Part shown: positions 1-8,684 of the stretch, piece by piece
Position numbering within the stretch: position 1 is the stretch's first letter
Layout: every line of letters starts with the position of its first letter
Assembly: GCA_002069765.1 (NCBI GenBank)
Contig: MWBZ01000012.1
Location: 8,436 to 72,435, forward strand
From: a bacterium ADurb.Bin243
Lineage (GTDB): Bacteria; Muiribacteriota; UBA9980
DNA length: 64,000 bases
Direction of reading: 5' to 3'
Position numbers and translations under genes: made by a program
Notes under the pieces: generated by a model
Databases searched by the model: none
What the model saw: only the letters and a program-made list of their open reading frames with translations
What the model was told of the DNA's origin: nothing

Positions 1-115
1 AATCGGCGCCTTTTTTAAATATAAAAATGGCCAGCCGCTGGGCGTTTTTAGGGCCGACGCCCGGCAGCTTCTGCAGCTCGTGGATCAATCTGTCTAAACT
101 CGGAGTCAGCGGCAT
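1..115 (-). CDS. recR: Recombination protein RecR, N-terminal part (gene runs off the window start)
   Basis: Reverse-strand translation from ATG at 115-113 gives [33 protein letters not shown], the conserved RecR N-terminus (LPGVGPK helix-hairpin-helix). It lies 59 nt downstream of ybaB, the classic ybaB-recR arrangement. The + strand ORF 27..209 is antisense noise. Confidence 0.8.
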   Translation of the reverse strand, partial: MPLTPSLDRLIHELQKLPGVGPKNAQRLAIFIFKKGAD

Positions 116-174
116 AGTAATTCTTTACGCAATGCTTTCCTTAAATTTTTATAGCTTTATAAAAACGGCTTTCC

Positions 175-513
175 TTAAAAAAGCCCGGGTATCGAAAGGC
201 CGCCGGTGACTTTTGACATTTCGCGCTGCGAATGGTCGGTGGCTTTCTTCTGGGCTTCTTTTACCGCCGCCACTATAAGGTCCTGCAGCATTTCTATATC
301 GTCGGGGTTGACGACTTCTTTGTTGATTTTAATCTCGACCAGTTCCTGTTTTCCGTTAGCTACGGCCGTAACCATACCGCCGCCCGCCGTTCCGTTCACT
401 CTGTAACCTTCGAGTTCTTCCTGCATTTTAGCGATTTTGTTCTGCATGGACTGGGCCTGTCTGACCAGGTTCTGCATTCCGCCCATCATAGGCATTTTAG
501 CCACTATAACCAC
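175..513 (-). CDS. ybaB: Nucleoid-associated protein YbaB/EbfC
   Basis: 112 aa with a GTG start; conserved YbaB core (GGMQNLVRQAQSMQNKIAKMQEEL...VVNPDDIEMLQDLIVAAVKEA), typical size, recR immediately downstream. Confidence 0.9.
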   Translation of the reverse strand: MVIVAKMPMMGGMQNLVRQAQSMQNKIAKMQEELEGYRVNGTAGGGMVTAVANGKQELVEIKINKEVVNPDDIEMLQDLIVAAVKEAQKKATDHSQREMSKVTGGLSIPGLF

Positions 514-901
514 CCCTTGTCGTTAATTGAGTTCACTTATTTTATCACAACAGGCGAGGATAAGTCAAGACGCTTTGATAAAAATAAGGCTTTCAGGGAA
601 GCGCCGTATAAAAAAAGATTGAAAACCGGGCGGTAAAATGTTATCATTTATCTCGTAATTAATGGTTCTTTTTCATGTCGTATGGGTAAAATATTTAAAT
701 TAAGTTAAGAGTTCAGAGTGGAGAGTTGAGAACTAAAGGACTTTTGAAAATTTCGATAAGGCGTTTTTTAAAATTTTATATAAAAGCTCGCAGGGCGAGC
801 CCCAGCCTTAACTATTCACTATCCACTCTACACTATTCACTAATAAACTTACCCTCATGAAATGAATAAGAGCTTAATTTATTATAGAAAGGGCATAATT
901 C

Positions 902-2200
902 ATGACGAAAAAAATAAAATGCGAATTATATCTAAAAAACATATCTTCTCTGGCCACCTGCGCCAATCCCGGCGGCAGGCCAAAATCCGGAGACGATCTT
1001 CTCGACGCCCGTGAAATCAAAGACGGCGCGGTTTTAATCAGCGGCGGTAAAATATTAAAAACCGGCGCCACGCAAGAGATAGAAAGATATATAGCCGAAG
1101 CCGGCATTGAAGTGGAAAAGCGGTTATGCCTCCATGGCAAGACCGTCACGCCGGGATTCGTAGATCCTCACACGCATATAGTTTTTTCCGGCAGCCGCGA
1201 GAACGAATTCGCGATGCGCGTGGAAGGAAAAACATATCTTGAAATACTCGAATCCGGCGGCGGGATCCTTAACACGCTTAAAAGCCTTAGAAATATAAGC
1301 GAAGACGATCTTTTCGCCGAGTCAAAAAAACGCGTGGAGCGCTCGTTCATGCACGGCACCACTTCCATGGAAATAAAATCCGGGTACGGCCTGGATTTCG
1401 ACGCCGAAATAAAGACGCTTAAAGTGTGTGAAAGGCTTTCGCGCGAACCTTTATGCACCATAGCAGCCACTTATATGGGCGCGCACGCGATACCGCCGGA
1501 ATATAAGAACGACCGCAACGGCTACATAAAACTCATGATAGATAAAGTTATACCTTATGTGGCCGAACATAAACTCGCAAAATTCAACGACGTTTTCGTC
1601 GAAGCCGGAGTTTTCACCGCCGAAGAAGGCCGCCTTATACTGGAGGCGGGTAAAAAGCACGGCCTGGTACCGAAAGTCCATGCCGATGAAATAACCTGCT
1701 GCGGCGGCGCTGAACTCGCCGCTGAAATTGGGGCGGTATCGGCCGATCATCTTCTCATGGCGAGCGAACGCGGCCTCGAAATGATGAAAGAAAAAGGCGT
1801 CGTGGCCGTGGCGCTGCCCGGAACGCTTTACAGCCTGCTTTGCGGAACTTACCTCGACTTTAAAAAGCTTATGAAAATAGGCGTGGCTGTAGCTTTGGCG
1901 ACGGACGCAAACCCGGGTTCAAATATGTGCCTGAATATGCAGACTGCCATAAACCAGGCGGTCTGCCTTATGAAAGCGCCGCCGGCCGCAGCCCTCAACA
2001 TGGCCACCATAAACGCCGCCCACGCCATAGGCCTTGCCGGCGAAAGGGGCTCCATCGAAGAAGGCAAGTACGCGGATCTCGTGGTTTTAGAAGGCCCGTC
2101 ATATAATTACGCCGCATATTCCTACGGCATGAACCTGGCTGAATATGTCGTAAAAAACGGCGTATTATATTCCGTCACAAGCGCTTTGAGCAGAGAGTAA
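902..2200 (+). CDS. hutI: Imidazolonepropionase (amidohydrolase superfamily)
   Basis: 432 aa; metal-binding motifs (GFVDPHTHIVFSGSR, KVHADE, ATDANPGS) and overall similarity to HutI. A GAAAGGG ribosome-binding site lies upstream of the ATG at 902. Confidence 0.8.
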   Translation: MTKKIKCELYLKNISSLATCANPGGRPKSGDDLLDAREIKDGAVLISGGKILKTGATQEIERYIAEAGIEVEKRLCLHGKTVTPGFVDPHTHIVFSGSRENEFAMRVEGKTYLEILESGGGILNTLKSLRNISEDDLFAESKKRVERSFMHGTTSMEIKSGYGLDFDAEIKTLKVCERLSREPLCTIAATYMGAHAIPPEYKNDRNGYIKLMIDKVIPYVAEHKLAKFNDVFVEAGVFTAEEGRLILEAGKKHGLVPKVHADEITCCGGAELAAEIGAVSADHLLMASERGLEMMKEKGVVAVALPGTLYSLLCGTYLDFKKLMKIGVAVALATDANPGSNMCLNMQTAINQAVCLMKAPPAAALNMATINAAHAIGLAGERGSIEEGKYADLVVLEGPSYNYAAYSYGMNLAEYVVKNGVLYSVTSALSRE

Positions 2201-2283
2201 CGGAGCGCGGCAATTATGAAATATAGTCAATTTTAAATATAGTCGACAAACGCCGCCGCAGATTAAGGGCGGCGCAGGCATCA

Positions 2284-3687
2284 ATGGAGGAAAAAATGGT
2301 TAAAACCGAGGATTTCATAGTAAAAAATCTTGGAGAGCGCAATTTCATGTCGCCGCTCCCGCTTTCGCACAGCGACGACGACCTGGTTTCCAATTTCATC
2401 GACGACGACGAACGCTTCCTGCACGAAATTTCATTTAAAAAAGTCAGGCAGGTCGTCGCCGGGACCGCCGATAAAAGCTGCTGCTCCGATCTCATAACTT
2501 TCGAGGCCGCCGGGCCACGCGAAAAAATTTATTTCGAGCCCGGAAAGATAAAATGCGGAATCGTCACCTGCGGCGGGCTCTGCCCGGGAATAAACAGCGT
2601 CATACGCGGGATCGTCATGGAGCTTTACTACCGCTACGGCTGTCAGTCCATTTACGGCTTCAGGTACGGCTACCTCGGCATGGTGAAGGAATCCGGAATA
2701 GACCCGATACTGCTCACGCCCGACATAGTGGAAGACATACACGCAAAGGGCGGCTCTATACTGGGCTCTTCGCGCGGCCATCAGGACGTGAATAAAATGG
2801 TCGACCGGCTCATGAATTTCGGCATCTCCGTGCTTTTCTGCATAGGCGGAGACGGCACGCTGCGCGCCGCTCACCTTATCGCCGAAGAAATCCTCAACCG
2901 CGGCCTGAACATATCGGTAATCGGCGTACCAAAAACGATCGACAACGACATAAATTTCGTCGAAAAAACCTTCGGTTTCGAAACGGCGTTTTCCATAGCC
3001 GTAAATTCCATACAATCGGCGCATACCGAGGCAAAAGACTCTCTCAACGGCATAGGCATAGTAAGGCTCATGGGGCGCGAATCCGGCTATATCGCCGCCA
3101 ACGCGGCCCTCGCCTCGCAGGACGTAAACTATATACTGGTGCCGGAAATACCCTTCGATTTGGAAGGGCCTCACGGGCTGTACAGCATACTTAAAGCGCG
3201 GCTCGAACGCAGGCGCCACGCGGTAATCGTGGTGGCCGAAGGCGCGGGCCAGAGCTTTTTCGGCAGCGAAAAAGAGCGTGGAAAAGATTCTTCCGGCAAC
3301 ACCAAGCTCGGCGATATCGGAGTGTTCCTTAAAGACAGCATAAGCAAATATTTTAAAAGCATCGACTTCAAGGTCAATATAAAATATATCGACCCGAGCT
3401 ATATTATACGCTCCGCGCCCCCCATACCGTCCGATTCGATATTCTGCGCGCAGCTTGCGCAAAACGCCGTACACGCTGCCATGGCCGGCAAAACCGATAT
3501 GCTCGTGGGCCTGTGGAATTACCACTTTACGCACGTGCCCATCGCCACCGCGACGCGCGAAAGAAAGCTGATAAACCCCGAAAGCAACCTCTGGCTAAGC
3601 GTAATAGAAGCCACGGGACAGCCGTCGTATATCGGAAACGATCCTATATTTTTATCTAAAACAAGAATTATCGATCAAAAAGATTAG
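2284..3687 (+). CDS. pfk: 6-phosphofructokinase (long PFK type, ATP- or PPi-dependent)
   Basis: 467 aa; PFK family motifs GIVTCGGLCPGINSV, IGGDGTLRAA and MGRESGYIA. An alternative start at 2296 is possible. Confidence 0.85.
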   Translation: MEEKMVKTEDFIVKNLGERNFMSPLPLSHSDDDLVSNFIDDDERFLHEISFKKVRQVVAGTADKSCCSDLITFEAAGPREKIYFEPGKIKCGIVTCGGLCPGINSVIRGIVMELYYRYGCQSIYGFRYGYLGMVKESGIDPILLTPDIVEDIHAKGGSILGSSRGHQDVNKMVDRLMNFGISVLFCIGGDGTLRAAHLIAEEILNRGLNISVIGVPKTIDNDINFVEKTFGFETAFSIAVNSIQSAHTEAKDSLNGIGIVRLMGRESGYIAANAALASQDVNYILVPEIPFDLEGPHGLYSILKARLERRRHAVIVVAEGAGQSFFGSEKERGKDSSGNTKLGDIGVFLKDSISKYFKSIDFKVNIKYIDPSYIIRSAPPIPSDSIFCAQLAQNAVHAAMAGKTDMLVGLWNYHFTHVPIATATRERKLINPESNLWLSVIEATGQPSYIGNDPIFLSKTRIIDQKD

Positions 3688-6023
3688 CCGGCCTTAAAAT
3701 ATTTCATCACGGCTGATTTCAGAATATCGGGAGCCGTGACAGGCTTGGTAAGATAATCGTCCATGCCGGCGGCCATGAATTTTTCGCGGTCGCCGCTCAT
3801 GGCATAGGCCGTCAGAGCTATTATCGGCACGCGCCCGCCTTTTTCCGCCTCTATTTCACGGATGCGGCGGGCCGCTTCTAATCCGCTCATTTCCGGCATC
3901 TGCCCGTCCATTATTATCGCGTCGAATTTTTTCGCGAGATAAAGCTCTACGGCTTCACGGCCGTTTTGGGCCCACGAAACTTTCCACTTATACTTTTTCG
4001 CCATATTCGTTATTATCGCCGCGTTTATTTCGTCGTCTTCGGCGAGCAATATTTCGAGCTCGCGCGCGGTTTCTTCCGAAGCGCCTTTCTTGGAGCCGGA
4101 ATCGGTCTTATCGTAATCGGCCGCGGCTTTTATTTCGCCAACGGCGATTTCAAACGGGATGCGCACGCAGAAAACGCTTCCTTTTCCTTCTTCGCTTTCA
4201 ACGGTGATTTCTCCGCCCATCATTTCCACCAGGCCCCTGACGATCGCGAGCCCCAGGCCGGCCCCGCCGTAGCGTTTCTTGCTCGAATCGTCCAGCTGGT
4301 AAAACATTTCAAATATTTTATCTATTTTATCGGCTGGTATCCCTATGCCGGTATCCGAAATCACAGTTTTTAAAATCACGGTATTGCCGTTCACCGCTTC
4401 CCTGGTAAGTTCTACGGAAATAGAGCCCTGCGCGGTGAATTTATTGGCGTTGGTAAGGATATTTATTAATATCTGCCGGAACCTCAGCTCGTCGCCGTTC
4501 ACCAGATAATTTATGCCGGAATCGATTTTCATTTTTATATCCACTTTTTTATCCCGCAGCTGCTGCGATATTATGGAAACGCAATCGGCGACAGCCTTGG
4601 TTACATCGAAAGGGCTTTTAACTATGGTGAGTTTGCATGCCTCGATTTTTGAAAGGTCGAGTATGTCGTTGATCAGCTCCAGAAGATGAAGCGCCGATTT
4701 TTTTATGGTCCTGGTGAATTCGGACTGCCTTTCCGCCAGGCCGCTGGACGCGAGAAGGTCGGTAAAGCCGATTATTCCGTTCATTGGAGTTCTCAGCTCA
4801 TGGCTCATATTGGCAAGAAAATCGCTTTTAGCCCGGTTGGCCGCTTCCGCCGCCTCTTTGGCCCGTACAAGCTGCGACTGCGTTTTTTTCAAATCGTCGA
4901 GCGTGTTCTGCAGCTCGGCCGTTCTCGAATCAACGCGGGCTTCGAGCGTGTCGTTGTACTCGACCAGCTTCAGTTCGGACAATTTTATGTTTTCAACCAT
5001 TATATTAAAATTTTCCGCGAGCTCCCCGAGTTCGTCTTTAATCTTCACGGCGAGTTTTCTGGAGTAATCCCCGCCGGCTATGGCCTGGGTAATGCCTATA
5101 AATTCGCTAAGCGGCGACGTTATGCTTTTCAAAAGGAGTAAAGCCAGCAAAACCGCCGCGGCGAACGAAACAAAAAAAAGGGAGGTCATAAACAGCGAAT
5201 AACGGACTGCATTCGATTTTATGTCGCCTTCAATAAGCTCGATGGCGGAAGCGAAAATCGTTTTTATTTGCGCGGAGATTTCTTTCAGCTTCTTCTCGTT
5301 TTCTAAAAGCATTTTCTTTACGTTTTTATACTTGAAAAAGAAATCGCGGTATTCTTTAAAATTCTGAATCACGTCGAAATAAAAAAGCTTATTGTCTATT
5401 TTTACCGATGCGTCTTTTTTTTTCTGGAAGGCGTCGATAAGCTCGTCCAGCCTGGATGACATTTCGGCGTTTTCGGTTTCATTAAAGACGCCGGCGTTGA
5501 TTGAATCGGTTAACGCCGAAGACCATACGATCAAAAATGCGATATTCGCTTTATCTTCGCCGGCGAGTAAACCGGCCGCCTCTTTTTCGCCGGTCATCGA
5601 AATGAAAACCTGTTTAAGTTCTTCGGCGCGGCTTTTCAAAGCCTGCTGCCGGTCTTTAACGTTCAAATAACCGTTGAATATATTTTTATATTCTTCTAAA
5701 AACCGAAAAGCTTCGTCTATCTTGTTTTTTTCCCGTTCGTCCGAAAATACTCGCCTCATTTCATTCGACTGTACTATGGTTTGAGAAATAAGATCGTTGA
5801 CTTCCGCCGAATAGTTTCTGCTGTTTTCGATTATATATTCTTTTTCGTTAAGCCTTATACGGTCTATAAGATCGATAATTTTTCTGATTTTATTGGATTT
5901 TTCAACGCCGGCTATAAGATAGTTCTGGCCGAAATAGCTTAAAACCGCATTGAGCGCTATTATTATTATAAAAACGCCGAAACTGAAAGTGATTTTTGTG
6001 CTGAACTTAAAACGGTCTAACAT
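3684..6023 (-). CDS. Hybrid sensor histidine kinase (N-terminal TM and sensor region, HAMP, HisKA, HATPase_c, C-terminal receiver)
   Basis: 779 aa; H-box FLANMSHELRTPMNGIIGF, G-boxes (GGAGLGLAI), C-terminal REC (ILLAEDDEINA...MDGQMPEMSG). Its 3' end overlaps pfk by 4 nt in convergent orientation. Confidence 0.85.
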   Translation of the reverse strand: MLDRFKFSTKITFSFGVFIIIIALNAVLSYFGQNYLIAGVEKSNKIRKIIDLIDRIRLNEKEYIIENSRNYSAEVNDLISQTIVQSNEMRRVFSDEREKNKIDEAFRFLEEYKNIFNGYLNVKDRQQALKSRAEELKQVFISMTGEKEAAGLLAGEDKANIAFLIVWSSALTDSINAGVFNETENAEMSSRLDELIDAFQKKKDASVKIDNKLFYFDVIQNFKEYRDFFFKYKNVKKMLLENEKKLKEISAQIKTIFASAIELIEGDIKSNAVRYSLFMTSLFFVSFAAAVLLALLLLKSITSPLSEFIGITQAIAGGDYSRKLAVKIKDELGELAENFNIMVENIKLSELKLVEYNDTLEARVDSRTAELQNTLDDLKKTQSQLVRAKEAAEAANRAKSDFLANMSHELRTPMNGIIGFTDLLASSGLAERQSEFTRTIKKSALHLLELINDILDLSKIEACKLTIVKSPFDVTKAVADCVSIISQQLRDKKVDIKMKIDSGINYLVNGDELRFRQILINILTNANKFTAQGSISVELTREAVNGNTVILKTVISDTGIGIPADKIDKIFEMFYQLDDSSKKRYGGAGLGLAIVRGLVEMMGGEITVESEEGKGSVFCVRIPFEIAVGEIKAAADYDKTDSGSKKGASEETARELEILLAEDDEINAAIITNMAKKYKWKVSWAQNGREAVELYLAKKFDAIIMDGQMPEMSGLEAARRIREIEAEKGGRVPIIALTAYAMSGDREKFMAAGMDDYLTKPVTAPDILKSAVMKYFKAG

Positions 6024-6034
6024 AAGAATACCTG

Positions 6035-7318
6035 TTATTTATTAAAAGCTTCGGTAAAATCCGGCAGCGCGTTTTTTATGATTACCTCGTAATCGGCCGG
6101 AAATTCGATGATCCTCGTAAACATGGCGAGCCCCGCCGTGGCCGCCGCCGGAGGCGTGGTGAGATCGTAATGGAACGCCAGCTTCGGGCACGAAGCCGCT
6201 TCGGCCAGAAGCCTCTGCTGCATATCAGTATAAAAATTCTTTTCTATATTTATATTCGGCGCGAGGGTGCCCCAGCCGCGGCTCATATTTTTCTGGCTTT
6301 CCACTCCGGCGAGATGAAGCAATGCCTTTTTCGCTCCCGTCACGTTGACCGCTTTTTTAGGGATTACGAGTCCGTCAAGTCCGCCCAGCATGGCTTTCGG
6401 TATTTTTTCGTCCACCGACGGAAACGGGAAAAAGTCGTAATCTTTTCCCTGCGTCCATTTATGCTTCTCGTCGGAATAACTGCCGGTTATCCAGGCGCCC
6501 ATAAGCGTCATGGCCGCTTCGCCCTTAAATACCATTTCGTTGGCGCCGCTTTCCCAGTCGGTATCGTTGGGTTTAGCGTTGAAATAGCCTTTCAGAAGCA
6601 ACCCGCTCCACAGCTTGAACGCCGCGAGCGATTCGGGATCGTCATAGCCGGCTTCGCCCTTTAAAAGCTTTTCCCTGTATTCATAAGGCGCCGTCCTTAA
6701 AAGAAGATAATCGAACCAGAACTGGGCGGGCCATTTTGTTTTAGAGCCGAGAGCGATCGGAGTGATGCCCGCTTTTTTTATGGCGTCGCATACTTTTATA
6801 AAATCTGCCCAATTCGCCGGCGGAGTTAATTTTAAATCTGCGAAGATTTTTTTATTGTAAAAAAAGGCTATAAAATGCTGTGAAATCGGAATCAGATATT
6901 TTTTGCCGTCATAGGTGCAGGCGGTATCGATCAAAGAGCGGTTGAAGGCCTTATCGAGATTTCCTTCCTTCCAGATATCGTCTATCGGCTCGAGATGCTC
7001 TAAAATGGCGCGTACTCTGGCGCCCGCCCAGTTGGAATATATGTCCGGAGGATTGCCGGCTTTCAGCGTTTCATATATGCTCGTCTTAAAAGCTTCGTGG
7101 TCGAGCGTGGTGGCTTCGAGTTCGTATTCCGCGGAATGGTCGTTAAAAGATTTTATCAGCTGAGCGTTTCCATAACTTAAAGTGTTTGAAAAGTAATGAA
7201 GAAAAGTGATCTTTTTCTTCTGCGCCTGCCCGCGGCCGGCGGAAGGCGGCGTTGCGCCGCATCCGGCAAGAAATAAAATAAGCGAAGCGAGACATGCCAG
7301 AAGAGCTGTTTTTTTCAT
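6035..7318 (-). CDS. ABC transporter substrate-binding lipoprotein (extracellular solute-binding family 1-like)
   Basis: 427 aa; signal peptide with lipobox (LFLAGCG); overall SBP fold signatures. Sits directly downstream of, and co-oriented with, the sensor kinase. Confidence 0.65.
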   Translation of the reverse strand: MKKTALLACLASLILFLAGCGATPPSAGRGQAQKKKITFLHYFSNTLSYGNAQLIKSFNDHSAEYELEATTLDHEAFKTSIYETLKAGNPPDIYSNWAGARVRAILEHLEPIDDIWKEGNLDKAFNRSLIDTACTYDGKKYLIPISQHFIAFFYNKKIFADLKLTPPANWADFIKVCDAIKKAGITPIALGSKTKWPAQFWFDYLLLRTAPYEYREKLLKGEAGYDDPESLAAFKLWSGLLLKGYFNAKPNDTDWESGANEMVFKGEAAMTLMGAWITGSYSDEKHKWTQGKDYDFFPFPSVDEKIPKAMLGGLDGLVIPKKAVNVTGAKKALLHLAGVESQKNMSRGWGTLAPNINIEKNFYTDMQQRLLAEAASCPKLAFHYDLTTPPAAATAGLAMFTRIIEFPADYEVIIKNALPDFTEAFNK

Positions 7319-7427
7319 TTCAAAGGTTCCTTATTTATAAAAAATTTCGTAAAACATTACTACACATAATATATATTTTATCTTAATTTGTCAACAAAAT
7401 TAAGATGTTTTTATTGAATCGAGCTTT

Positions 7428-8636
7428 TTATTTGCCGGTCAGCAAAGGCTTGAAAATCTCATAAAAAACCAGGGCGGAAATTATATTGACCGCCAGCAGA
7501 ACCAAAAATTGGCTCCTGCCGTATTTTTTAGATAAATCGGCGACGGTCAGCGGGCAAAAGTAATCCACCGCGCAATTTTTATTCGAAGAAGCGTCCAGGT
7601 CGGCATTTTTAACTATGCGGTCCTTAAAAACTTCTAAAATTATCTCCACAGATTCTTTTGAAGTGTCGCAGTAAAAAGGCGTGCCGTCTTCGGCGCCGCC
7701 GTCTTTATCGTAAACGATGAAACCTATGGCATAAGGCGTCTGCACGAACCGGCAGAAATAATTAAACTCGAGTTTTTTGGCTTCGCCCGCGGAGTAATTA
7801 CGGCCGTTAAATTCTACGCTGTATATATTTCTGTCAGAAAGCCTTATAAAAGCGGTGAGGTCTTTTATATAAAAAACGGCGTATAAAAAGCATATTATTA
7901 AAAATGAGTCGAGAGCGGCTATAAGAAGCCTGCAGTCGAATAACGCCGGAAAATAAAGGCAAATAAAAATTGAATAAACGGAATTTAAAATCAAAAACAG
8001 CGACTGAAATCCAAAATGCGTTGAATAAGGTCGGTTTATAAAATGGCGGAAGCCTAAAACTATCATAAGGCAGTTGAGCGCGAAGTAAGAAAGCGCGGCC
8101 GCGTTAATAAAGCCCGAATCGGCCGCCGCGGCTCCGCACGAAACGTAAAGCGCGAAAATGATCATTGAAATCGAAAGCGACAAGAAAAAAGGCGGAAACG
8201 CCACATAGTAATCGCTTTTATAGGTGATAAAAATATCGCCTTCAAGCCGCCTCGCATCGCCGGAAACTTCGACTCCTATTTTTTTTAGAGCTTCTAGCGC
8301 GGCCCTGGCGGCGAAAGCTCCATGCTTTAAATTCAAATTTTCTTTATCGGCGTAAATCTGAAGATTAGAAAAAAGCATGCGCTTCAGGGGAAGAAGTATA
8401 TAAAATATCCCGAATATTATGTAAACGATGAAATAAAGGCCAGCTGTTTTAAGGAGCGTCGGCTTATGCAAAAATACGAAGTTATAATAATAAATCGCGC
8501 CGAAAACGATAAAAAGTAAAAAAAAGGAATACTTAAAAAGCTCTTCCGACAGCTGCAGATAGTATCCGCTCTTGTAGCCGTTCGAGCCGGAGCCGTTCCT
8601 GCTTATATTGGCTTCGTTATTTTCACTGCCCGCCAT
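7428..8636 (-). CDS. Polytopic integral membrane protein of unknown function
   Basis: 402 aa, 8 or more hydrophobic helices rich in F/Y/I; no recognisable catalytic motifs. Last gene downstream of the four radical SAM genes. Confidence 0.5.
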   Translation of the reverse strand: MAGSENNEANISRNGSGSNGYKSGYYLQLSEELFKYSFFLLFIVFGAIYYYNFVFLHKPTLLKTAGLYFIVYIIFGIFYILLPLKRMLFSNLQIYADKENLNLKHGAFAARAALEALKKIGVEVSGDARRLEGDIFITYKSDYYVAFPPFFLSLSISMIIFALYVSCGAAAADSGFINAAALSYFALNCLMIVLGFRHFINRPYSTHFGFQSLFLILNSVYSIFICLYFPALFDCRLLIAALDSFLIICFLYAVFYIKDLTAFIRLSDRNIYSVEFNGRNYSAGEAKKLEFNYFCRFVQTPYAIGFIVYDKDGGAEDGTPFYCDTSKESVEIILEVFKDRIVKNADLDASSNKNCAVDYFCPLTVADLSKKYGRSQFLVLLAVNIISALVFYEIFKPLLTGK

Positions 8637-8684
8637 GCTTCCTCTTCTTTCGTAACCCGCCAGACCGGAAACTCCTGCCGATGA

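Noticed and set aside
27-209. 60-aa plus-strand ORF at the window start
   Set aside because: It is antisense to the clearly conserved recR N-terminus ([23 protein letters not shown]) encoded on the minus strand.
2431-3534. 367-aa ORF antisense to pfk (and similar long antisense ORFs at 40865..41440, 41747..42178, 42197..42670, 49501..50175)
   Set aside because: These lie opposite genes with clear conserved motifs, have odd composition (R/G/A/Y-rich) and no ribosome-binding sites. They are a typical artifact of long open antisense frames.
5415-5423. T9 homopolymer inside the hybrid kinase gene as a phase-variation switch
   Set aside because: A single 9-nt tract in an otherwise ordinary kinase gene (it encodes KKK) shows no sign of a frameshift in this sequence, so it is too speculative to report.
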